Assembly: GCA_963669175.1 (NCBI GenBank)
Contig: OY769902.1
Location: forward strand, 1,472,001 to 1,536,000
From: a bacterium
Lineage (GTDB): Bacteria; Electryoneota; Electryoneia; Electryoneales; Electryoneaceae
Length of the DNA stretch: 64,000 nucleotides
Direction of reading: 5' to 3'
Shown: piece by piece, positions 11,182-20,385 of the stretch
How positions within the stretch are numbered: position 1 is the first letter of the stretch
Layout of the letters: each line of letters opens with the position of its first letter
Made by a program: the position numbers and the translations under genes
The notes under the pieces: generated by a model
Told to the model about the DNA's origin: nothing
Databases searched by the model: none
The model's input: the letters and a program-made list of their open reading frames with translations, nothing else

Positions 11182-12468
11182 ATGGAATATGCTCGTATTG
11201 TTGCAGCCCTTCTGTTATGTCTCGCACTTGCTTCCTTCGCTTATTCTCAAGATTCCACATCTGCTGCCAACGATCCTGCACTTGTCGATGGGGTCCGTAT
11301 AATCCCGCTCGCAGAGGATCACTATCTTTTGCATGTGGAGGAGGGCAACACTTATAACATTCTCGCGGTCACCGCCCCGGATGGCGTGCTTCTGGTGGAT
11401 ACGGGATTGCCGAACCTGGCGGAACGTGTGCAGCACGCTCTCGAGAGCATCACGGATCAGCCGGTACGGATCGTGATCCTGACTCATGGCCATGGCGACC
11501 ATGTTGGCGGTCTGCCGGTATTGGGGCCGGATGCTGTGATACTTGCGCATCAGAACGCCCTGATGGATGTTTTCTTCAGCCTGGAAGCGTTACCACGGAT
11601 TCAAGGCAATGTGGTCCTGGTGGAGGATACCCTGGAAGTGATGTTCAATGATGAGCGGATACGTATTGAATATGTGCCGAATGCTCACACAACCAGCGAC
11701 CTGATCGTTCATTTTACCGACGCGAACCTGGTTGCCGTGGGTGACCTGGCGTTTCCGTTCAAGTATCCTTATGTCGATTACAGCTATGGCGGTGTTTTCA
11801 TTACTTATATGGCGAATATTCTTCGTATGGCGGACGATTTTGATCCCGGGGCGACCGTTGTTTGCGGGCATGGGGTACCTTGTAGCTGCGAGGATCTTGT
11901 CGCCTACCATATGCAGTTGGAGAAAAATGTCGGGTTGCTCAAGCTGAGTTTGGATCGTGCGGAGACCTACCAGCAGATTGAAAAGAGCGGTATTCTGGCT
12001 GAATGGGACGATTACGCTTCCGGGTTCATCGATCAGGAATTCTGGATTCGACAGGTGCATCTCGGTCTGGGACAGGCGGATCAGCTTGATTTATGGGGAG
12101 AACAGAAGCCGACAACCATCCATGAGCTGGCGACAGAAGCGTTCATGCAGACCGGGCCGGATCACATGGAACGAGTTATTCGCAAAACCTTCGCGGAAGA
12201 GAACTCTCCCATCGAAACGTCATCCAATGACCTGGTAATCCTTGGCTATAAGCTGCTGCAACGTGAACATGTCGAGGCCAGCCACCGTGTATTCCGCATC
12301 CTTGCCGATGAATATCCCGATTACTGGAATGCGTGGGATTGCCTTGGCGAAGTTGAGCTGATCATGGGGGATACAACGAATGCCGTGGAGCACTACAACA
12401 AATCCCTGGAGTTGAACCCGGATAATACCAACGCTGTTCAAGTGCTGGAAGGATTGAAAACCGAGTAG
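11182..12468 (+). CDS. Exported MBL-fold metallohydrolase with C-terminal TPR
   Basis: Signal peptide; THGHGDH, AHT, GD, GHG; C-terminal WDCLGE...YNKSLELNPDN TPR. Confidence 0.9.
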   Translation: MEYARIVAALLLCLALASFAYSQDSTSAANDPALVDGVRIIPLAEDHYLLHVEEGNTYNILAVTAPDGVLLVDTGLPNLAERVQHALESITDQPVRIVILTHGHGDHVGGLPVLGPDAVILAHQNALMDVFFSLEALPRIQGNVVLVEDTLEVMFNDERIRIEYVPNAHTTSDLIVHFTDANLVAVGDLAFPFKYPYVDYSYGGVFITYMANILRMADDFDPGATVVCGHGVPCSCEDLVAYHMQLEKNVGLLKLSLDRAETYQQIEKSGILAEWDDYASGFIDQEFWIRQVHLGLGQADQLDLWGEQKPTTIHELATEAFMQTGPDHMERVIRKTFAEENSPIETSSNDLVILGYKLLQREHVEASHRVFRILADEYPDYWNAWDCLGEVELIMGDTTNAVEHYNKSLELNPDNTNAVQVLEGLKTE

Positions 12469-12555
12469 CGGAGAAAAATGGGACTTCTACCTTTTCATCT
12501 TTATCAAATCAGGGCTTTGAATCAAGAGTTTCCGAAAAGGTAGCTGTACCAGATT

Positions 12556-12889
12556 GGGCTGCTCACAAGAATTTGTGCATATTATCGACGAGCACATTTC
12601 GTCAGGTCTTGACGTGATGCCTTTTTCTTGTTCTTCTCCGCAATTTCAGACACCTGTCCGACTTCACAGCTGCTATTTCGCATGATAGATCGTCATCAGG
12701 CATCACATTGTGACCTGACGACAGCGAGAGCGCTGATACCGGTGGCAGGTCACAACGCGACAATAACAGGACGAGAGGTGGTTTCAGTATCATGTGCATT
12801 CAGAAATATATTGCGAAAGCCGAAAACGGAATGTCGCGTCAAGACCTGCCACAACTTTGCCCGGATGCACAAATTCTTGTGAGGAACCC
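12556..12889. mobile_element. MITE (334 bp) with 25-bp TIRs and 6-bp target duplication CAGATT
   Basis: GGGCTGCTCACAAGAATTTGTGCAT...ATGCACAAATTCTTGTGAGGAACCC; CAGATT at 12550-12555 and 12890-12895. Confidence 0.85.
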
Positions 12890-13060
12890 CAGATTTTTCG
12901 CCAGCTTTATTACGAGATCAGCCGGAAAATCCTGGGATAACTATCTTTTCTACTATTTGTTTACATTTTAAGGTCGGTATTCATCTGTACGACCCATCAT
13001 TAACCTTGTGTTCAAATATTGTCTCTTGCAGAAAAGTGTAGCAGTCCCGATTTCCCTTTT

Positions 13061-13122
13061 TGGCCCCGCCGGCTAGAAACACGCCGTAGCTTGCGAAGGC
13101 GGTTGCCCGGCGTTGGTCTATT
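13061..13122 (+). repeat. Dispersed ~60-bp structured repeat
   Basis: TGGCCCCGYCGGCT..AAC..GCCG.AGCTTGCGAAGGCGGTTGYCCGGCG; copies near 33490-33550(-), 33797-33859(-), 35209-35268(+), degenerate 40531-40595. Confidence 0.8.
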
Positions 13123-13219
13123 TTAAATTATTTTAAGAAGTTAGTCCACTTGTTGTTTGTTATGTATTTATTAAACTGACCAGGTAATCGCTGCCGGGGT
13201 TGATCATGCGGAGGATGGT

Positions 13220-14098
13220 TCACTTCCTCAACCGCTTCAACCACCTCGCCAACAGGCCGGTTGCTGTGGCGACGCCGACCAGCACAATCGCAGTCCCACC
13301 GATCAGCGGTAGGTCTACCGGTTCATCGACCAGCCACCACGCGCCAAACGCGGCAACAATCGGAACCAGGTAGATAAACGAGCCCGCTTTCGCCGCAGGC
13401 AGACGTTTCAAAACCCATGCCCACAAGGTGAAACCGTAAACCGTACAGCCAATCGCAAGGAAGAGAAACGCCACTGTCAGGTCTATCGGGGAATGAGTGA
13501 CCTCGGTGACCAGGTCGCTGTTAATGGTGAACAGCAGTGGTAATGAACCGAGGGTCATGGAGGTTGCAGTTGTCTGCGCAGCTCCGAGCCGTTGGGAATA
13601 ATGACGCAGGCCGGTGGTGAAGATACCCCATGACAGAGGCGCTCCGAGGGTGATCAGCACGCCAAGCAGGGTGCTCATGCGCAGTTCCGGGGCGCTGTTA
13701 CGTCCCAGGACCACGATTGCAATCCCGCTCAAGCCGATAACCAGGCCGATCCAGGTACGCAGCGGCGGGATTTCTTTCAGGGACAAGGCTGCGACCAGTG
13801 CGATTGAGGTTGGGTTCAACGCAATCACCAACGCCGCCAGTGAAGCCGGGATCAGGCTTTGCCCCGTATTCAATGCGAAGTTGTAGCCAAGGGTGCCAAC
13901 CAGCCCCATCAGCAGCAGCATGCTGAAATCACGCCAGGGATGCAAAAAAGCCGGGTTATTCCATAGCCGCGTCAGTGTAACTACAGCGATAGGCAGGAAA
14001 ATGGGCAGGACAGGCAGGAAACGCAGTGTGACCAGTTGGGCCGGGGAGACATGTCTCAGCCCGACCTTAATTGCAATAAAAGAAAAGCCCCACATCAC
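13220..14098 (-). CDS. DMT/EamA family transporter
   Basis: WGFSFIAIK, two EamA repeats, YLVPIVAA; true start may be CTG at 14158. Confidence 0.9.
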   Translation of the reverse strand: MMWGFSFIAIKVGLRHVSPAQLVTLRFLPVLPIFLPIAVVTLTRLWNNPAFLHPWRDFSMLLLMGLVGTLGYNFALNTGQSLIPASLAALVIALNPTSIALVAALSLKEIPPLRTWIGLVIGLSGIAIVVLGRNSAPELRMSTLLGVLITLGAPLSWGIFTTGLRHYSQRLGAAQTTATSMTLGSLPLLFTINSDLVTEVTHSPIDLTVAFLFLAIGCTVYGFTLWAWVLKRLPAAKAGSFIYLVPIVAAFGAWWLVDEPVDLPLIGGTAIVLVGVATATGLLARWLKRLRK

Positions 14099-14154
14099 GA
14101 TAACACTTAGAGCGACTAACGTGATGGGGGCATCCAGTTCACGGTTGCTGTCGC

Positions 14155-14481
14155 TCAGTCGACCACCTTCTCCAGCATGGCAACCAAACGCTGCTTCGGT
14201 ACTGCACCCACTACACGCTCAGCTTCCTGCCCGTTCTTGAAAAGAATCAGGGTAGGAATGCCTCTGATGCCGAGTTGAGTGGCACGGTTCGGATTGTCAT
14301 CCGTATTGACCTTGGCAACTTTGAGCTTGCCATTGTAATCTTCTGCGATCTCTTCAACTACCGGCGCAACAATGCGGCACGGGTGGCACCAGGGCGCCCA
14401 GAAATCCACGAGTACCGGAAGGTCAGCGTGTAACACTTCCTGGTCAAAGGTCGAATCGGATACTTCCGTATACTTGCCCAT
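14155..14481 (-). CDS. trxA: Thioredoxin
   Basis: [20 protein letters not shown]. Confidence 0.96.
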   Translation of the reverse strand: MGKYTEVSDSTFDQEVLHADLPVLVDFWAPWCHPCRIVAPVVEEIAEDYNGKLKVAKVNTDDNPNRATQLGIRGIPTLILFKNGQEAERVVGAVPKQRLVAMLEKVVD

Positions 14482-14558
14482 CTTTTTCTCCTGTATTTCA
14501 ATGACAGTCTTTTGACACGTTTGATGTGTACAAGCCCGTCATGATACTCCCCATTCCG

Positions 14559-14789
14559 CTATTTGTCTCCCTTGCTCCTGTTGCAAAGGCTCCAACTGAA
14601 AAGCGGACCGCCGTTCCCGGTGCTCTTTCCGTTGAAAACATACGCCGGGCAGAAACCAGCAAATCCTGTCAGGAGAGGGATCGCGCCAAAGGCTCCCCAC
14701 CACTTTTTAAAGCGGATTCCCAGAACGATTACAGTAAGCCCAACAAGGATTCGCAAGATGCGATCAAAACCACCAACATTGCATGTCAT
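14559..14789 (-). CDS. DUF2892 (YgaP-like) small membrane protein
   Basis: CNVGGFDRILR...PLLTGFAGFCPAY. Confidence 0.85.
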   Translation of the reverse strand: MTCNVGGFDRILRILVGLTVIVLGIRFKKWWGAFGAIPLLTGFAGFCPAYVFNGKSTGNGGPLFSWSLCNRSKGDK

Positions 14790-15033
14790 GACCAACTCCT
14801 TTCGTTATCAGGTGTAAATTATCCCAGAAAGTAAGGTTTCCCAAAACACCAGACAACCGCATTTGAGACGCAGATGCACGGTTGCGGAGCGAATCAGTCT
14901 GTCCGCTTGACGAGACGAAAGCCAGAGAGCTACCTTCCGAATCCATAAAAAGGGTTACAACCTGCCTCCATCCGAACATGCGTATGGAAAGCAGATTGCC
15001 TACCTTTCAGCAGATTGGACCGGGACAAAAAGC

Positions 15034-16383
15034 ATGGCGAAGATAAAACCGAGAACCTTTAAGGGAACAAGAGATTTTACCCCTGCCGAGATGATACCAA
15101 GGGAACGCCTGATCAATACGATCAAGCGTGTATTTCAGACCTTTGGTTTCAGCCCCCTGGAGACTCCTGCACTTGAGATGCTGGAGGTTCTGGCCGGGAA
15201 ATACGGTGAAGAGGGCGATAAACTTCTCTATAAGCTGGATTACAAAAATGATCGTCCCGGGGATCGTGTCGCTCTTCGCTATGATCTTACCGTACCGTTA
15301 GCCCGTCTGGTCGCTTCTCACCCTGAATGGCCGCTTCCTTTTAAGCGGTACCAGGTTCAACCTGTCTGGCGTGGGGATAAACCCCAGATCCGCCAGGGAC
15401 GCTTCCGTGAATTCTACCAGTGTGACATCGACACCATCGGCGCGGACGAGGGATTTGCCGATGCGGAAATCATCGCGCTGACTGTGGCCATGCTGGATGA
15501 ACTGGGATTCAACGAGGGAGACCGTGAAGCGGTTGTTCTTCTCAATCACCGGAAAATCCTTGAGGGGCTGACCACCTTCGCCGGGCTGCCTGTCGAAAAG
15601 ATGCCCGATTTCTGCCGGATTCTCGACAAACTGGATAAAATTGGCAAAGAAGCGGTCTTTACTGAACTGGGCAACATCGGTGTTTCGACCGCATCACTGG
15701 ACCAGCTTGACACTGTATTCAATACAACCGGAAATAACCAGGAACGCCTGGAAGCGTTGACGTCGCAGTTGGCCGATTCGCCTGCAGCTTTGCAGGGAAT
15801 CGAAGGACTGCAAACAATACTGAATTTGCTCGATTCCATGCAGATCAACCCGGAGCGGGTCAAGTTTGAAGCACGGTTGGCGCGTGGGCTTGATTATTAT
15901 ACCGGGGCAGTCTGGGAAGCGATATTACCGAAGCAGCCGCATATTGGCAGTCTGAGCGGTGGCGGCCGTTATGATGAGCTGATAGGATTGTACAGCGGGC
16001 GTGATCTTCCGGCCGTAGGCGCGACCATCGGCCTGGACCGTATGTTTGCCGCGATGGAACAGCTCGACATGGTCGAAAAGCTGGGTGGTACGGTTACCAG
16101 GATTCTTTTGACTGTTTTCAGCCCGGAGGAACGTGCTGTAGCGATCAGGATGCTGGCCGAGTTCCGTAAAGCCGGTATTCCTTCGGACCTGTTCCCGCAA
16201 GGCGGCAAGATGAAGAAAGCATTCTCTTATGCAGATAAACTGGGAATTCCCTTTGTAGGTGTCCTTGGGCCGGATGAAGCGAAGATGGATCCGCCCAGGC
16301 TAACATTGAAGGACCTGTCGGATGGGTCACAGGAAACTGTCAGGGTTGAAGAAGCGATTCAACGGATACGTGGGGTGCTATGA
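15034..16383 (+). CDS. hisS: Histidyl-tRNA synthetase
   Basis: KGTRDF, LRYDLT, GRFREFYQCDID, RGLDYYTG, GGGRYD. Confidence 0.98.
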   Translation: MAKIKPRTFKGTRDFTPAEMIPRERLINTIKRVFQTFGFSPLETPALEMLEVLAGKYGEEGDKLLYKLDYKNDRPGDRVALRYDLTVPLARLVASHPEWPLPFKRYQVQPVWRGDKPQIRQGRFREFYQCDIDTIGADEGFADAEIIALTVAMLDELGFNEGDREAVVLLNHRKILEGLTTFAGLPVEKMPDFCRILDKLDKIGKEAVFTELGNIGVSTASLDQLDTVFNTTGNNQERLEALTSQLADSPAALQGIEGLQTILNLLDSMQINPERVKFEARLARGLDYYTGAVWEAILPKQPHIGSLSGGGRYDELIGLYSGRDLPAVGATIGLDRMFAAMEQLDMVEKLGGTVTRILLTVFSPEERAVAIRMLAEFRKAGIPSDLFPQGGKMKKAFSYADKLGIPFVGVLGPDEAKMDPPRLTLKDLSDGSQETVRVEEAIQRIRGVL

Positions 16384-17363
16384 GTAAGGTTCTTGTTCTT
16401 GGTGGGGCCGGGTTTATCGGCCATCATGTTGTCCGCGAATTGCTTAAAAAGGGCTACGAGGTTCGTGTACTGGTAAAACCGACCTCGGACACATCACTTC
16501 TCAAAGACCTTCAAGTCGAGATGATCAGTGGTGATTTCGAGGAAAAAGGCAAACTGGCTGAGGCTCTGGAAGGGTGTGAGTACCTGATCCACAGCGCCGG
16601 GCATTACCCGGTGTATTCCCTGCAACCGGCAGAAGATGTCCGGCGGGGGCTGAACCAGATCGCACGTATTCATCATGTCCTGTCCAAGGTGAAGGTGAAG
16701 CGATTCCTGTTTGTATCCTCTTTGACAGCTATCGGCAAATACCCGGATGGACGTCCGGAAGACGAAAACGCTCCCTATCCTGTACAGCGTGACCGTAGCG
16801 CCTATTGCCGTGCCAAACGAGCCATGCAGCAGATGGTGCTGGCGCGCGCCCAGTCATTCAACACCGTTGTCGTAGCGCCAACAGCCGTGTTGGGTGAAGG
16901 TGATCTGAAGGCCTCAACCGGACGTTTGCTGGTTGACGTTGCCAAGAAGAATGTGAAAGCGGCCGTCTCGGGCAAAACGAACGCTGTCGATGTGCATGAT
17001 GTGGCGAAAGGGATTGTGCTTGCGCTGGAAAAAGGCCAGACCGGGCGTGTATATGTCCTTGGCGGGGAAAACATGACCACCCCCGAACTGATACGTCGTA
17101 TCGCAAAACAGGCAGGCGTACCGGAACCCAGGACGGTAATCTATCCCTGGTTGTTGATTCCCATCGCCTGGTTGTCAGAAGTTCTTGGACGGACCTTTCG
17201 GCAGAAGAAACCGATTCTTCCCCAGGTTGGGCTGCATTTCTCATTGTTTGGCGAGGAGCTTTCCAGCGCCATCGCAGAACGTGAATTGGATTACACAACC
17301 GGCCCGGTCGATGCAGCGATCAAACGCGGCCTGAAATGGTATAGGGATAACGGATTCCTTTAG
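16380..17363 (+). CDS. NAD-dependent epimerase/dehydratase (HpnA/DFR-like)
   Basis: GGAGFIG, YCRAK, VDVHDVAKG; ATGA overlap with hisS. Confidence 0.9.
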   Translation: MSKVLVLGGAGFIGHHVVRELLKKGYEVRVLVKPTSDTSLLKDLQVEMISGDFEEKGKLAEALEGCEYLIHSAGHYPVYSLQPAEDVRRGLNQIARIHHVLSKVKVKRFLFVSSLTAIGKYPDGRPEDENAPYPVQRDRSAYCRAKRAMQQMVLARAQSFNTVVVAPTAVLGEGDLKASTGRLLVDVAKKNVKAAVSGKTNAVDVHDVAKGIVLALEKGQTGRVYVLGGENMTTPELIRRIAKQAGVPEPRTVIYPWLLIPIAWLSEVLGRTFRQKKPILPQVGLHFSLFGEELSSAIAERELDYTTGPVDAAIKRGLKWYRDNGFL

Positions 17364-17390
17364 ACAAAAAACAAGTTCTCTGATCAATAG

Positions 17391-17428
17391 AAACCGGGAT
17401 TGACCAAAAATGGTCAGTCCCGGTTTTG
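17391..17428 (+). terminator. Intrinsic terminator
   Basis: AAACCGGGATTGACCA-AAAA-TGGTCAGTCCCGGTTT. Confidence 0.8.
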
Positions 17429-17584
17429 TGTTTCAACGCTGATACATTCTGTTTTGTTCACGGCTGAGCTTCGCACCCCGTAAACTTCGCTACGGTTCGT
17501 TGAGGATGACAGAATGTGACATTGTTTTCGAAGATTGCTTTTGCATCCGCAAGAACGTAGCATTCAGCTGGGGATGAGCGTTAT

Positions 17585-17798
17585 CCACCTCGAAGAGGTG
17601 ACACATGAATAGCGCGGGCCGTCAGCCCCGGGAGAAATGTATCTGCACCAGCAATTGTCCCCGAAGGGTACACACATCATTTTCGTTTACAATGATCGCC
17701 GGAGTGTTGTGCGATCCCTTCGGGATCGAAATGGGAGGTGGTTGAGGTTATCCCGGCGCTTACGAGCCGCGCTATTCAAGTGGCCCACCTTCGGTGGA
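17585..17798. repeat. Nested multi-hairpin REP doublet
   Basis: CACCTCGAAGAGGTG..GAATAGCGCGG..CCCGAAGGG..CCCTTCGGG..CCGCGCTATTC..CCACCTTCGGTGG mirror arrangement. Confidence 0.7.
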
Positions 17799-17931
17799 CT
17801 TTAATTTTCAGCCAGTCAGCCACTAGATAGTCAACCCTTGGCCGGTCAGATCATCAACCCGTCAGTGGACAGTTGGCGAGAGGATAGTTTTTGTGGGTTG
17901 CATGAATATTGTTGCATGGACAGCAAAACAT

Positions 17932-17987
17932 CGAGATCCCCGGTTGATCCCCGACTACAACATTCGGGGAGGGGGGGGATGACATGA
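17932..17987. repeat. CATGTCATCCCC...GGGGATCTCG palindromic repeat family
   Basis: Near-identical inverse at 40459-40510; relatives at 23894-23942, 35305-35337 and 35474-35504. Confidence 0.8.
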
Positions 17988-18176
17988 TGCGACATTCTTT
18001 CCGAGTACCACTAGCCCGAATATTTCATGAACGGAACATGGATATTCATCTTAACACAGTTCATATCAACACAATACAACTGATTCATACAGCATTTTTC
18101 AGGGGACAGTTTGCTCCGGTATCCCTTTGCGTGTCTATTCCCTGTTTCGCTGGCAAAATAGGCTGAGAATCGGCAA

Positions 18177-18424
18177 CCGCCCCGGCAGGGGCAACCTGTA
18201 TTAGCCCCGGGCAGCCGCCGTCAGTTTGGCGGCTACCCGGGGAGATAATGCGCATCATATATTTACTCCGGAAGGAGTAACCTGATAATTATCAAAAGTA
18301 TACAGTGGAAATATTCAGGCAACCCGCTGCCGGGGTTGGCAAGTAGCGTACATCCTATTCCCACCGTGAGCGCCAAACAGACGGCGCTGGACGGTGGGCT
18401 AATACAGAGAACCACTGCCGTGGT
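18177..18424. repeat. Nested multi-hairpin REP doublet
   Basis: GCCGTCAGTTTGGCG / CGCCAAACAGACGGC inverted pair plus TGTATTAGCCC/GGGCTAATACA; same family at 30602-30903. Confidence 0.75.
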
Positions 18425-18514
18425 TCTTGTACTGGCCATTCCATCAAATACCAAATTTGAAATTGCATTGGTGAAATATTCGGGCTAGTGGATAGCGAAC
18501 CTGCACTCTCATTA

Positions 18515-19054
18515 TTACAGGTTTCGTGATTGCTGACGTAACGCTTCAGCAATCTCCGGATGCAGTTTCCACCGCCCATCAACACATACATGCTTGTCCC
18601 AGGGAAAGATGACCAGGGCATCGATTCGCAAGGCCACGTGATGCGGTGTGGGATTGGCCCAACTATGGCTGATCAGGCAGGCAGTGACCACTCTCTCGGC
18701 GCCGAGTTCCTGCACCCGTTTGGCAACCAGGGCAAGGGTTTCACCTGTGTCGGCAATCTCGTCCACGACCACAACAGCTTTTCCGGCTACCTCTTCTGAA
18801 ACATCCACTTTCCAGACAGGGTGATCAAACACAACGGTATCGTTTTCACGTCGCGTAATACGGACCGGGTACATCTCTTTTCGGAGCGCACAGGCAATGG
18901 CGGTGGCAGGAATCAACCCGGCACGAGCGATACCTACAACAGCATCGATCTGCATGGAGGAAAGTGTCTCGGTCAGTTTCCCGGCAAGCTCGGCAAACCG
19001 TTCCCAGGTAATTTCTTCTACACCCTCACGGTTCGCATAGTCATAGCTCTGCAT
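18515..19054 (-). CDS. Type I phosphoribosyltransferase
   Basis: GIARAGLIPA; VVVVDEIADTGETL PRPP loop; VIFPW. Confidence 0.9.
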   Translation of the reverse strand: MQSYDYANREGVEEITWERFAELAGKLTETLSSMQIDAVVGIARAGLIPATAIACALRKEMYPVRITRRENDTVVFDHPVWKVDVSEEVAGKAVVVVDEIADTGETLALVAKRVQELGAERVVTACLISHSWANPTPHHVALRIDALVIFPWDKHVCVDGRWKLHPEIAEALRQQSRNL

Positions 19055-19097
19055 TCCTCTATCTCTTTCAGATAACGAGGGTCGCAATGCCAGTTCA

Positions 19098-20321
19098 TCA
19101 ATCCAGCTTGATCAAGCCATGTTCCATCGGTGTAACGATTTCGGCGCCGCCCGGTTTCACAATGACGGTATTTTCAAGGCCGACTCCGCCGTGGTAATAG
19201 ATCACCTTCGGTTCAATTGCGACGACCATGTTTTCTTCGAGGGGTGTGCTGAAGCGTTTAGCCAGAACAGGCCACTCATCCAATTCCAGCCCGACACCAT
19301 GTCCTACAAATCGCACTTTGTTGGTATCACGGTTCATGTAGAATTCACCCAGACCGAGTAATTCCGCCTGTTCCAGTGTCCACATGTACAAGGCTTCCGG
19401 ATCGGCGCCGGGAACCATACGTTTTGCCAGTTCTTCAATGATTCTAACGCAAAAATCATGCGCTGCGATAAAATGTTTGTCCAGTTTCCCGAAGTAATAG
19501 GTCCGGGTCATATCGGTCAGGTAACCATCAACGCCGGCGGTGATATCCACCAGGATCGGTTTATTTTCGACAATCAACCCATCTCCGGCGCCTGCTGGAG
19601 CCAGACGATTGCGTCCTGGTTGTGCAATTGGACCGTCAAATGCGCTGTGTGCATTTACCGAATCCCCACAGGCAACAACCCCCGCCGCTTCTGAGTTGAA
19701 CCCACGAGTGCGTCCGAGGGCCTGATCTCCGGCGCGTCGCAGGGCGACTTCCATCTGCGCCTGCACTTCGTATTCATACATGCCGGGCTTGATGATGCTT
19801 GTGAGTGCTTCGAAACCCTTCACCAGGACTTGCCCACTTCTACGGATAATAGCCAGTTCCGCTTCAGATTTTACACTGCGCTGGGTTCGAATCAGGGGAG
19901 AGATGTCTGTATATTTTTCTGCGTCCGGCCAGACTTTAGAGCACATACGTTTCCAGTTGGAAACGGGAAGCACATCCTCTTCAAATCCAATGCTTTTCCA
20001 GGAATGAAAGCCATCCTCTATGAGTTCACTATGAAGCCGCCCAAAACTCGGAATAGGTTGTATATCCCAGGGACAGTTACTCGCAATCAGTCCCTGGCCG
20101 CGCCAGACATACAAAACCGGTTCGCCATCAACAGGCACGGCAAGCGCCCCCTGAAAAACCGAACCAGTATAATAAATCATATCTGCGCGTTGAAGAAGCA
20201 GAGCGCCATCAAGACCAAGTCCTGAAATATTTTCCTGAAACTTGTGCAAACGGGATTGAATCTCTGAGGAAGGAATGTTCTCTGCCATTAAAAACTGCCT
20301 TTCGTTCGAGGCTGCAAACAT
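19098..20321 (-). CDS. Xaa-Pro peptidase family (M24)
   Basis: RSVKSEAE, D..GYLTDMTRT, GHGVGLELDE, IEP, GLEN. Confidence 0.93.
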   Translation of the reverse strand: MFAASNERQFLMAENIPSSEIQSRLHKFQENISGLGLDGALLLQRADMIYYTGSVFQGALAVPVDGEPVLYVWRGQGLIASNCPWDIQPIPSFGRLHSELIEDGFHSWKSIGFEEDVLPVSNWKRMCSKVWPDAEKYTDISPLIRTQRSVKSEAELAIIRRSGQVLVKGFEALTSIIKPGMYEYEVQAQMEVALRRAGDQALGRTRGFNSEAAGVVACGDSVNAHSAFDGPIAQPGRNRLAPAGAGDGLIVENKPILVDITAGVDGYLTDMTRTYYFGKLDKHFIAAHDFCVRIIEELAKRMVPGADPEALYMWTLEQAELLGLGEFYMNRDTNKVRFVGHGVGLELDEWPVLAKRFSTPLEENMVVAIEPKVIYYHGGVGLENTVIVKPGGAEIVTPMEHGLIKLD

Positions 20322-20385
20322 GTTTGTTAAACCGTCTTGCTCTCGAAGAATATAATGATATCCTCATTTGTTACAAACGCATTAT

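Noticed and set aside
14830-15030. Possible ncRNA or T-box upstream of hisS
   Set aside because: No recognisable T-box, riboswitch or tRNA motifs by eye; an Rfam search would be needed.
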